Assembly (NCBI GenBank): GCA_043228905.1
Contig: JBHGNT010000016.1
Location: 5,022,001 to 5,086,000 of the forward strand
Length of the DNA: 64,000 nt
Reading direction: 5' to 3'
Source: Azolla caroliniana
Taxonomy: Eukaryota > Plantae > Polypodiophyta
The position numbers and the translations under genes were made by a program. The notes below the pieces were generated by a model, which was not told the origin of the DNA, ran no database searches, and saw nothing but the letters and a program-made list of their open reading frames with translations. Shown here in pieces: positions 26,277-37,589 of the stretch (position 1 is the first letter of the stretch; the number at the start of each line of letters is the position of its first letter).

Positions 26277-29200
26277 TCAAGCATTAAATAGAGAGACCTC
26301 CCCTAATATGTGCTCATGAACCTCTTGGGGGACCTTGTAGACAGTGTTGTATCCCTTAACCTTGTGCTTTGCTTGAGTCATATTGAATTTGATCGCAAGA
26401 ATGGCATCAACGTAGATTATTGCGATCGGTGCTTCTTTTAGTAATGCATATGTGTTCTTGCATTGCGGCAACTTTGCATAATAGTTTCCATACACGACAG
26501 ACTCACCAAGGTTGAAATTGTTGCCCCAGCCATCCCTCACCACTTCTTTCAATAATGTCTTGACTTGCTTGCACACCACAATGTAGTAGTCTTCTAAATC
26601 TTCATTCTAAGGAGATTTGAGCACTGCAAAATGATCTCCAACTTCTAATAAAACTGCCAAGTCTTGATGTTGGTTGTAGTATACAATATCGTTTGAATGC
26701 GCATCCTCTTCAATATCATCTTGTCGTTCAGGCTCAAGCTTCTACAGCTTCCAGGGCTCGACGATTGATAGGTTGATGCATTTATCCCAAGCTTCATCTA
26801 TACACATGGAACAAAAGCATGATAAAGTACGGAGTAACAATTGTGTTGTGTCCTTGCGGCTAAACCCTAATACACAATGGGTGCTGCGTGTGCCTTTCAC
26901 GGTTTTACAACCATATGATTTAGTTCTATCAACCTCATCAACGCGAACTTCAACAAACAATCTGTTCTTACCATCATTTGACATCTTCCATGTTAGCCAC
27001 TGCACAACATCATGTGCATTTTGCAACTTAGCACCATTATTATCCAACTGCTCCCTTGTAAGGGCACGTTTGATCACAGCCCCCGCGCCATCATGCTCTC
27101 CTTTTCCATGTCCAGACCCGAAGTAGTTCCATTGCAGACGAATGTTGAATAAGGAGAAATACCTGCTTTTGTATCTCAGGTTTCCAACAAAATTAGTACT
27201 ATGTTGTCAATCGAGAGTACTACACATCCATTAATACTGATTTAGTACAAATACAAAACAAAGCATAGCACAACGTATCCATTGAGAACACTCTACACTT
27301 ATTAAAAGATAAATAGTACTATGTTGTCAACCATGTGAACTTGGCATCCATTAATACTAATTTAGTATGGATACAACACAAAGCATAGTACAATGAATTC
27401 ATGGAAAGCACTCTACATGAATTAACAGATAAATAGTACAAACTCTTCAATATCAGATAGTATTATGTTGCTGACGACGAGTACTTTACATTCATTAATA
27501 CCGATTTAGTACAGATACAATACACAATACAGTACAATGTGTCCACGGAGAACACAACCCTCCTTAGAAGATAATTAGTACTACAACACATGTACTTTAC
27601 ATCCCCCAATAAACATTGATTTAGTATAGATACAACACACAGTACAATACAGTGTGTTCATGGAGAACACTTAGCATGGATTAATAGATAAGTAGTACGA
27701 ACTCTTCAATATAAGATAATACTATGAGTACAAGACATGTACTTTACATCTTCCGATAATTACTGATTTAGTATAGATACAACACCAAGTACAATACAGT
27801 GTGTTCATGGAGAACACTCAACATTGATTAATAGATAATTAGTACAAACTCTTCAATCTAGGACAATACTATGAGTAGTAGACATGTACTTTACATCCTT
27901 CGATAATTATTTCTTTAGTACAGATACAACACAGTACAATACAGTGTCCATGGAAAACCCTCAACATGGATTAAAAGATAATTAGTACAATTCTCTTAAG
28001 GACGGTCAATACTATGAGTACAAGTTGAGTAAATACTAATTTAGTACAGATACAACACACAACATAGTACAATGTGTCTATGGAGAACACTTCACATGGA
28101 TTAAAAGATGATTAGTACAATTCTCTTAAGGACGGACAATACTATGAGTACAAGACGAGTACTTTACATCCTTCAGTAAATACTGATTTAGTACTAATAC
28201 AACATACAACATAGTACAATGTGTCTATGGAGAACACTTCACATGGATTAAAAGATAATTAGTACAATTCTCTTAAGGATGGACAATACTGTGAGTACAA
28301 GATGAGTACTTTACATCCTTCTGTAAACACAACATAGTACATATACAACACACAACATAGTACAATGTGTCTATGGAGAACACATCACATGGATTAAAAG
28401 ATAATTAGTACAATTCTCTTAAGGACAGACAATACTATGAGTACAAGACAAGTACTTTACATCCTTCTGTAAATACTGATTTATTACAGATACAACACAC
28501 ATCATAGTACAATGTGTCTATGGAGAACACTTCACATGCATTAAAGATAATTAGTACAATTCTCTTAAGGACGGACAATACTATAGAGTACAATACGAGT
28601 ACTTTACATTCTTCAGTAAATACTGATTTAGTAAAGATACAACACACAACATAGTACACTTTGTCTATGGAGAACACTTCACATGGATTAAAAGATAATA
28701 AACACAGATTCCCATGACAGGATAGTACTATTTGATCAATCAAGAACAGTTAACTTAGTTACAAACAAAATTAGTATGCATGCATCCATGTGAATAGTGT
28801 TGTGTTCGAATAGTTACAAACATAATTAGTATGCATCCATGTGAATAGTATTGTGTGTGAATAGTTACAAACATAATTAGTATGCATGCACTAACACAAG
28901 AATTACTTCCTTACACATTGCATGATAAGTACTAAACATATGGATTAAAAATTATCTGGCGATAAAGTAGAACGATCATGCCGCCTTAAACTGCGAGGCA
29001 ACACCATCAGACCAAACCCAATGACGGTTAAAGGTTAACCCTAGAGACAATAAATCTGCATGGTGAAGCTTAAAACAATGTTGAACAAATAGTGTATCAT
29101 GCTTTTTATCATCTGAAATGTAAAATATTGATTTCTTATGTAACTCACCGTCTTGCCTCCAATAGCAAATATATACAAGTATCGTACATTGATCATTGTA

Positions 29201-29860
29201 CCAATGCATTGATTGAACCTCATTTTGAACTTTAAATGTATAGTTTTCTGCAAAGTCAATAACGGATACGATGACACCCGTTGGTAAGTTATTAATACAT
29301 TCCTTGAACTATGAATTTTGCCAATAACTCCGGAAGTTATGTGGAATGAACTCCCCAAGTTGTTTCTTAAATTTTGAGACAAGGGTAGCAACACATGTCT
29401 CCTTATATACTTTCTCAATAATCTCTTGAGATAAGGCATCGCATCGTCGTCTACGTCCCAACCCTAGCCACTTGAATTGGCTTGAGTGTATATTTCGGCG
29501 ATGTTTCCTCAAGTTCCTTCTTTGAATACCCAGGGCTAAGGCAACTTTAGTATCACTATATTTTTTTTCTCTCGCACCGTTCACAACCATGTGTAGGGTT
29601 GTCCTCTTTGCAGCAAGTTTGTCTATGCTCTCTACACCTTTCACTAAGTCTAGGGATGACTTCATAGCCTCTACAATCTCTTCTGAAACACATTGGTCCC
29701 TAAATTTTATTCTCTCCATGTCTTCATTCAAACGTTGATGGTGTAACACTCTACATATAATATCCCTACGATCCTCTTCACTAAATCTCTTCGTTATTTC
29801 TACCAAATAACAGACTATGTGAAGAACCACCCGTCTCTTGGTCCTTTCAGATATATACAT
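26277..29860 (-). pseudogene. DDD transposase (Sola2-like), two exons, disrupted
   Basis: Motifs DFAENY..QNEVQSMHW, WVWSDGVASQFK and WNYFGSGHGKGEHDGAG. Intron ~28955-27163 has a mutated donor (AT) and an intact AG acceptor. Confidence 0.8.
27190..28720. repeat. ~147-bp tandem repeat filling the transposase intron
   Basis: A(A/T)CATAGTAC anchors at 28061, 28208, 28354, 28501 and 28648; copies diverge more towards the left. Confidence 0.88.
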
Positions 29861-30044
29861 GAGTTACTTGACAACTCACTCTCGTTTGGAACCCCCATTT
29901 GGTCATTAGATTTATCCAAAAAAATTAAGTGTCCGGTGAGAGTAGTTAATGTTATATAGACTACACTAAGAAAACACAGTCAAATGTTTTTAAATGTGGC
30001 CTGCAAAGTGAGAAATAATTTGTTTCGAACATTAGAATTACGAA

Positions 30045-30510
30045 TCAAATATGACAATTGTAAAATCTAAAAATTTAGTACTGAAAAATGAAGAAATGAA
30101 AAATTTTAGTCCTGAAAATAAAAAAATGGATGGAAGGAACCTCTAATGGTGGCGGGAGCGTTGATTTAGTGTGATATGCCGCCTCAATTATGTGGAAGGA
30201 ACCTCCAATGGTGGAAGCACGACGTACAAATTTGACAATTGTAAAATCTAAAAATTTAGTACTCAAAAATGAAGAAATGAAAAATTTTAGTCCTGAAAAT
30301 AAAAAATTTGATGCAAGGAACCTCCAATGGTGGCAGGAGCGTTGATTCTGTGTGATATACCGCCTCGATTTGCTGGAAAGAACCTCCAATGGTGGAGGGC
30401 GCCTTGAATCTTTGTGATATGCCGCCTTGATTTAGTGGAAGGAACCTCTAATGGTGGAGGGCGCCTTGAATCTTTGTGATATGCTGCCTGGATTCGGTGG
30501 AAGGATCCTC
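30045..30510. repeat. ~180-bp duplication and ~60-bp repeats upstream of the transposase
   Basis: Repeated GGAAGGAACCTC(T/C)AATGGTGG and TGACAATTGTAAAATCTAAAAATTTAGTACT. Confidence 0.8.
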
Positions 30511-30731
30511 GCCTCGATGGAAAAAGCCCCAAATCACCACGACGTAAACTACAATCGGTGGAAGTAAGAAAGTCGTTGTCGAAGAAGTCACTATTGGCTG
30601 TTATAAGAGGCCTCAGAACAGTCTCTGTTCCTCAACCTAAACCCTAACAAAAACAGAAACCCTAAAAAAACTAGAAATCTTGAACTCAAAAGGTCCAACC
30701 TGACATGGATGTCTGAGATTTGCTCCCTAAC

Positions 30732-33700
30732 TGTAAAAAGTAACGTGCGGAAGCAAGTATGACGACCGAACAGAAGGAAGAAAACTCAGGTTTAACGGAG
30801 AGCTTGAGCTCACGCAGTATACGCGGGAGAGACAGAGAGAGTGAGAGAGGAAAACACAAGAGGTATATTCAAAAAAATACACAATCTCTATTCACCACAC
30901 TCTATACATATGTGTGTCCAATGAACACTTTTATACAAGTCCTAGAAGGACTGACCGAAGTACTGACAGTACTTCAATGCTCATTAAGAGCTCCTACACT
31001 AACTCCCAAATATATTCCTCACGGAATATCATTCCTAACGGCCTCCCGGTCTACGCACCGATCCGGCCCTCCCTACACACCGGTCGGCGTACCGGTTTAC
31101 GCATTCGGCCTAACCGATCGGTCCCATTTGATCCGGTCCTCGGCTTCTTCAGCCGATCTGGCCGATGTTGAGCTTGTCTCTCAACACTCCCCCTCAAGCT
31201 CAACTTGAGGCTCTTCGAGATCTTCGGGCTCACAGCTTCGGTTCGTCCTGGCTTCACGCCTCGCTCGCGCTCCACGACCTGTTTGACTCCGCGCACTTCG
31301 ACCCTTCTGGTCGGCTTGTCTGCTCATGTAGCCCTTATCAGCTCTTCTGTTGTTGCGGTGTTGACGCTTCTCCTGCTGCCTTTTCTTCCGCTTTGGCCTC
31401 GGTTGATTCAGCGTATCTGAATCAAACATCCGAACCGACTCGGATACCTCCGATCGGTTTTCGCTCTCGTCTGAGTTGGCTGTCTCCAACTTGTCTTCAG
31501 TCTTCTCGCCCTCGATGGCGTCATCTTCCCCATGCGTGGTTGGCTTCGGCTCTCTCCTTCGGCTGCTCCCCTTCTGTCGGGTTCCGAACTTTTGCGCGGG
31601 TCTGCCCTCGGCTTCTTCAGCCGATCTGAAGTCGAACTCGACAACCGAGTCAACCGACTCGATGTCGCGGTCTCCACTCCTTTCCTGCTGCCTTGCTTGG
31701 TCGTTCTGGATTGTTCTCCCCCTCAAGTTTGGCACGTCGAGGTGACGCAATCCGAGCGCACCTGAGAATTGCCACAACTTGTCCAGATCAAGAGGCTTGG
31801 TGAAGATGTCCGCAGTCTGCTGATCCGTCGGAACATACTGAAGTTCGACTTCACCGGAAAGGACATGCTCATGGACGAAATGGTAGTGCACCTCAATGTG
31901 CTTGGTCCGTGCGTGGAAAACGGGGTTTTTCGAGAGCTGGATGCTGTTGAGGTTGTCGCAGTAGATCGTCATCGGATCTGACACCTCCTCTTGCAGGTCC
32001 CTAAGTAGCCGTTTCAACCATATGGCTTTGCATATCGCGGCAACCGCTCCTCGGTACTCAGCTTCGGTGCTCGACAATGCAACTGTCGGCTGCTTCTTAC
32101 TGCTCCACGCGATTGCGGCACTCCCGAGGGAGAACGCGTATCCGGACGTGGATCGGCGATCGGCGGCGTTGCCAGCCCAATCAGCATCGGTGTAGCCGAC
32201 TAATTGCACGGCTGCACCGGTCCGATATAGCAGTCCCCAGTCTTTAGTGTCGTTGACATACCGAAGTATGCGTTGCGCACACTGGAGGTGCTCCTCGGTA
32301 GGTCGCGCCATGAACTGACTGATCACTCCGACCGGATAACTGAGGTCGGGTCGGGTGATGGTCAAGTATATGAGGCTTCCGACAATTTGTCGGAACCTCG
32401 TCGGGTCGCATACCTTTCCCTTATCGGGATGAAGCTTGACGGTTCTATCTAGAGGAGTCGAGACGGACTTACAGTCGGCCATCCCGAATTTGAAGAGCAT
32501 ACTCAGCACGTAATGACGTTGGCTGATCAATATGCCTTCGGGGATAGGGATCACTTCGATCCCGAGGAAGTAATGAAGGTCCCCCAGATCCTTCATGTCG
32601 AACGATGCCGCAAGTTGGAGCTTCACGCGGTCGATTTCACCTAGGTCGGCGCCTGTGATGACCAAGTCATCAACATATAGTAAAATACTAACCGGTCCGA
32701 GTCGACCTTTCCGGATGAACAGGGAAGAGTCCGATTTTGACGTGACGAAGCCCATCTGACGGAGTTGTTGCGTGATCTTCGCGTTCCAAGCATGCGGGGC
32801 TTGCTTCAGTCCATAAAGGGACTTCTTCAGTCGGCATACTACCGAGGAGTTCGTTCTAGAGTAAAATCCGGGGGGCTGTACCATGTACACCTGTTCCTCA
32901 AGGTCACCTTGCAGGAATGCATTCTTTACATCCATCTGATGTAAGTGCCACCCCTTCACCGCAGTTACTGCGAGCAAAACACGGACGGTCGCGTCATTTT
33001 CGCCACCCCTTCATCGTAGTCGAGGCCGTGTTTCTACGCGTAGCCCTTTGCCACTAGCCGAGCCTTGTACCGGTTGACCGATCCATCGGTGTTGTACTTG
33101 ACCTTGTACACCCACCTACACCCGATCGGTTTTACCCCTGTTGGTGTGTCAACCAAGTCCCATGTCTCGTTCTCCGCCAATGCGTGCATCTCTTCCTTCA
33201 TCGCGGCACGCCAATTCGCGTCTTTAGCCGCTTCTGCGTAGCTCTCCGGCTCACGCACTTCTGCTACACGGGTCATGTACGCATAATGATGCGCCATGTA
33301 CTCGTTGTATCCGAACCGCAAAACAGGATTCTTTTGGCGGGTAGATCGGCGTAATCTCACATTAGCCGATGTCGAGGCCTTCTCGGTTGACGCGGACTTC
33401 ACCTTTAAGGATCCGTCACCGGTTCCCTCGGAGTCGGACTCCCGTCGGTCTGACTCGTCCCTATCCGTGCCGGAATCCGACACCTTCTTCTTCCCTTTCT
33501 CTTTGCGCGTAAGCCGTCTCCTCGACTTCCTACGCGGGGAATGCACGGCCGAGTCTCCACTACTCGCCGGCTCTTCATCAGACTGATTGTACCGACTCAG
33601 TCATCCAATCGGTCCACTTAAACGGAGTGAAATCGAACTCTCTTCGCGGGTCTCGATTTCGGGCTCATCCGGAGGCATCTCGGCCTCGCTGACCTCATTG

Positions 33701-36526
33701 TCAGAACTCGGATTGGAGTCAGGGTTCGGAGTCGGGGGCTGGTACCAGGACGCAGACTCGTCAAACACAACGTCACGGCTAACACGCACTTGTTTGGTGC
33801 GAGGGTTATAGCACTTATAACCCTTCTGCTCGTCTGAGTAACCGACCAAGATGCATTTATTGGCCTTTGCGTCCAACTTCCTCCTTTTCTCCTTCGGTAC
33901 ATGCACATACGCAATGCTACCGAACACCCTCAAGTGTCGCAAGTTCGGCTTCGTTCCGAAATATAGCTCGTGCGCCGACACTTTGTCTCCGATCCGGTTC
34001 TGGATGTATACCGCGGTCCTTACCGCCTCGGCCTAGTAAAACTTGGGCAAGCTCTTCTCCTCTAGCATTGCTCGTGCCGCTTCCACAACTGACCGATTCT
34101 TCCTCTCGGCCACGCCGTTCTGTTCCGGCATGTATCTACAACTGAATTCGTGCCGAATTCCCATTTGTTGTAGATAAACATTGAATTGACCAGAAAAGTA
34201 CTCTTTCCCGCCATCCAACCGCAGGCACTTGATCTTTCATCCTGTTTCCGTTTCCACGAACCCTTTGAGGTCCTGGAAACAGTCGAAGACTTCGCTCTTC
34301 CTCTCAATGAGGTAGATCCACGTGTGCCGCATGTGGTCGTTGATGAAGGAGACGAAATATCGGCTCCCGCCAAGACTAACGTTTTGTGTCGGCCCCCATA
34401 CATCGGAGTGTATAAGGTCAAGCTTGTTCCGGCTCCGGTTTCGCTCGTTGGGGAAAGGAAGTCGGTGTTGCTTCCCGAGCTGGCAGGCTTCACAAATTTG
34501 TGCCTTTCGGCCACTAAATTTGGCCAATCCGAACACTACCTGTTTCGATTGCAGATCTTGAAGCTGTTGGTAGTTGACGTGGCCTATCCGCTTGTGCCAC
34601 AAGTCGATGTCCAACTCGGATTTTTGTCCCTTTGCAAACATTGCGGTGCCGCCGTCAGTGGAATCGAGGATGAACATCCTCCTGTCTCTGTGCCCTTGCG
34701 CAATCACACGGCCTTCTTCCTCAATGAAGCACCCGAGGTGTGTAAACCGAACCTCCATCCCTTGGTCGATGATCTGTCCGACCGAGACCAAGTTCTTCGT
34801 GATTGTCGGAACGTGCAACACGTTCATGAGTTTCCCTTTATGCCCGACATGGCTAAGGGGAACTTCTCCGACATTCGCGATCGGATGCGGAGTGTCGTCT
34901 CCAGTTGCGACTACTCCAGGTTGTATCGGTTTTTCAAGGTACGAGAACCACTCCTTATGGCTCGTCATGTGGTTTGACGCGCCGGAGTCTACGTACCACA
35001 CCTCGTCCGATCTCGGGGTGGTTCGTTTCATTGAGTTTGCTTCGTGTCTCGTCACGAAGGCAGACCCTTCTCCGGCTCTCCCGGAGTCTTCGGCGTAGTG
35101 CGATCGCTACCGATTTCCCTTGTCGGTATGTCCGGAGCCGTTTCCGGAACCGGTTCTCTCCGAATCGGCGTGCTTCTTCCAGCACTCACTTTCCCTGTGG
35201 CCTTTCTTGCCACAGTACCAGCACTCCGCGATGACCTTCCCTTGCCGGTTCTCATCGCTTCGACTCCCGCTGTTTTCGGAGGGTCCGCAGCCGCTGTCGG
35301 CATCACTTCGGTGCCTTCTTCCTTGATCTCGTTGGCCGCCTCCATTGCGTGCCGACTCGCATTGTCCTCCACGTCCATGGGGCCTATCTCCCTTCGTGTA
35401 CAACATTCTACTGTCGGTGTGCGTGCTTGTAGACGCACCCGTGTGGTTCTCCTCTATCAGGAGCATTGACTGTAAGTCGAAAAAGGACGACGTATTCTCT
35501 CGGGTACACACAGCCGTTCGGAACGCTCTGAACTTCGACGCCAAACCTCCGAGACAGATCTGGACCATCTCGCTCTCCTCGATGTTCACCTCTATGGAGG
35601 CGAAGGAGTCGCAGATATCCTTGATCTTCGAGGTATAGTCCGCCACCAACAAGTCGCGTTGTCGTAGGTTGCTCAACTCCTGTTGGAGCTGCAGCTTCCT
35701 AGCTGTGGTGCTCGCGGCGAAAATCTTCTTCAGATTTTCCCACGCACCCTTCGGCGTCTTTGCATCCCGAGCATAGCTCGATAGTTGTTCGCCCACACAC
35801 GACGCGAAGTAGTATAATACCCTGCTCGCCGATTGCTCCCACGACGGGAAGTCTCTGTGTGTCGATTCGGGTGCCGCGTCATTAGCTCCTTCGACATAAC
35901 TCTAGTAGCCGTGCCCGAGCAAGTACTGGTGCATCTTGTAGGACCAAGACGCGTAGTTGGTTTTGTCGAGCTTCTCTGTTGGAAGCGAGCTCGCCATGCC
36001 TCTATCCATCGTTCTTCTTGTTCTTCTTCGTCGGCTGCAGAGAGGTTCTCAACCCTCGCGCTCTGATACCATGTAGAAAGTAACGTGCGGAAGCAAGTAT
36101 GACGACCGAACAGAAGGAAGAAAACTCAGGTTTAATGGAGAGCTTGAGCTCACGCAGTATACGCGGGAGAGACAGAGAGAGTGAGAGAGGAAAACACCAG
36201 AGGTATATTCAAAAAAATACACAATCTCTATTCACCACACTCTATACATATGTGTGTCCAATGAACACTTTTATACAAGTCCTAGAAGGACTGACCGAAG
36301 TACTGACAGTACTTCAATGCTCATTAAGAGCTCCTACACTAACTCCCAAATATATTCCTCACGGAATATCTTTCCTAACGGCCTCCCGGTTTACGCACCG
36401 ATCCGGCCCTCCCTACGCACCGGTTTGCGTACCGGTTTACGCATTCGGCCTAATCGATCGGTCCCAACTGATCCGGTCCTCGGCTTCTTCAGCCGATCCG
36501 GCCGATGTTGAGCTTGTCTCTCAACA
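30732..36526 (-). mobile_element. Ty1/Copia element #2, full length, nested in the DNA transposon
   Basis: 455-bp LTRs at 30732-31186 and 36072-36526, TSD CTAAC, tRNA-iMet PBS at 36060-36071, PPT at 31187-31197. Confidence 0.96.
31181..36009 (-). pseudogene. Copia gag-pol with a few stops and frameshifts
   Basis: Knuckle CWYCGKKGH, protease WYVDSGAS, integrase, RT LYVDD and RNase H, plus a long charged C-terminal tail. Confidence 0.93.
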
Positions 36527-37455
36527 CTAACCCCTAACAAAACTCTTAGATTGGAGGAAAAGCAGAAACGTGACATCGATGTCTGAGATGAAGAGCTTAG
36601 AGGGATAGAGGAAGAGGAGTATGAGGGGAACCGCCAAAAACGACGTGAGGTGAAGCGCCAAAATCGACGTGAGGGGAAAATAGCCCCCAAAATGGAAAGA
36701 ATATCTCCTCACGTGTTTCCCCCACTCCTTGTAGTAAAGGACACTTGTACTACAGTCACCCCACTCTCCAAAATAGAATTTTTTTTCTCTGATTTTTTTT
36801 CCAAAATTATTCAGTACTAACAGTATCGAAAGTACTGACAATTTTTGTGGCCAAAAACAATACTTTTCTGGTACACCATAGCGTGCTTCCACCCCACTAC
36901 GCCGTCCCCAGATTAGTACGTAAGAGCGGAACCAAACATCCGGGATATTTTGGAAGAAGACTAGAGGGATGGGTCCGACGTGCCATGACACTGTCCCACA
37001 GGCGTGACAGGTGTTGTCCGTTGAAATCCTAACCGACGGACAGAAGCGCATTAAGAAACGCATGTAACGGTTCACGCGGGAAGCGTGAACGGCTAGAAGC
37101 CCTATGTATATAAATGGCAGAAATCCTCTGTAAGAGGTAGCGTGTAATTCTGGAGTATAGATCATTTTTCTAATAGAACACTATCTTCCCTGATCTCTGT
37201 GCATATATGTGGTTTTCTCTACTGCATCCTTTGTATCTCTATTGCGTAGTGTTAATCGTAGGGCTGTAGGTGTAAGTGCGGATACTAGTGCACTTCCCAA
37301 GGAGTTCGGTTGTAGCCGTCTCCCTTCTATGCTACTAGGATACGAGGGAGTATCCCATTACGATTTATGGTACGACGGTTCTATTCATTGTAACACGGTC
37401 ACCTTGAAGTCTACGTCGAAGGACTGGGCGTAGACAGTGTTCCTAATCGGTAACA

Positions 37456-37589
37456 ATGACGGTCTTTTTCGTCAGCCTCATTAGGCCTTAACAGTATGTA
37501 GGATTCGACCACAATGACAGTCTTTTTCGTTAGCCTCATTGGTCCGTAATAGTATGTAGGATTCGTCATGCAATAGCTACGACGTGTTC
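37456..37589 (+). repeat. tRNA-Trp array spacer fragment
   Basis: Matches the spacer sequence at ~11160-11245. Confidence 0.85.

Larger units (their letters stand above)
20238..36894 (-). mobile_element. TIR DNA transposon, Sola2-like (~10.9 kb without the nested Copia)
   Basis: Imperfect TIRs GGGTCGAAGCATGCTACGGTGTACCA (20238) and TGGTACACCATAGCGTGCTTCCACCC (ends 36894); flanks CATT/CACT (4-bp TSD, 1 mismatch); internal DDD transposase. The Sola2 assignment is from recalled motifs. Confidence 0.8.
13255..37455 (+). mobile_element. Ty3/Gypsy element #1 (non-chromovirus type), decayed, with nested insertions in its 3' LTR
   Basis: 5' LTR remnant ends ...AATCGGTAATA (~14531) and is followed by a TGGCA PBS-like motif. 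The matching LTR end ...AATCGGTAACA is at 37455. A purine tract at ~19871-19896 probably precedes the 3' LTR. No TSD found; the left end is rearranged. Confidence 0.8.

Noticed and set aside
20238-30731. Host gene island or env-like region of Gypsy #1
   Set aside because: It is bounded by TIRs and a 4-bp TSD and encodes a transposase, so it is a nested DNA transposon.
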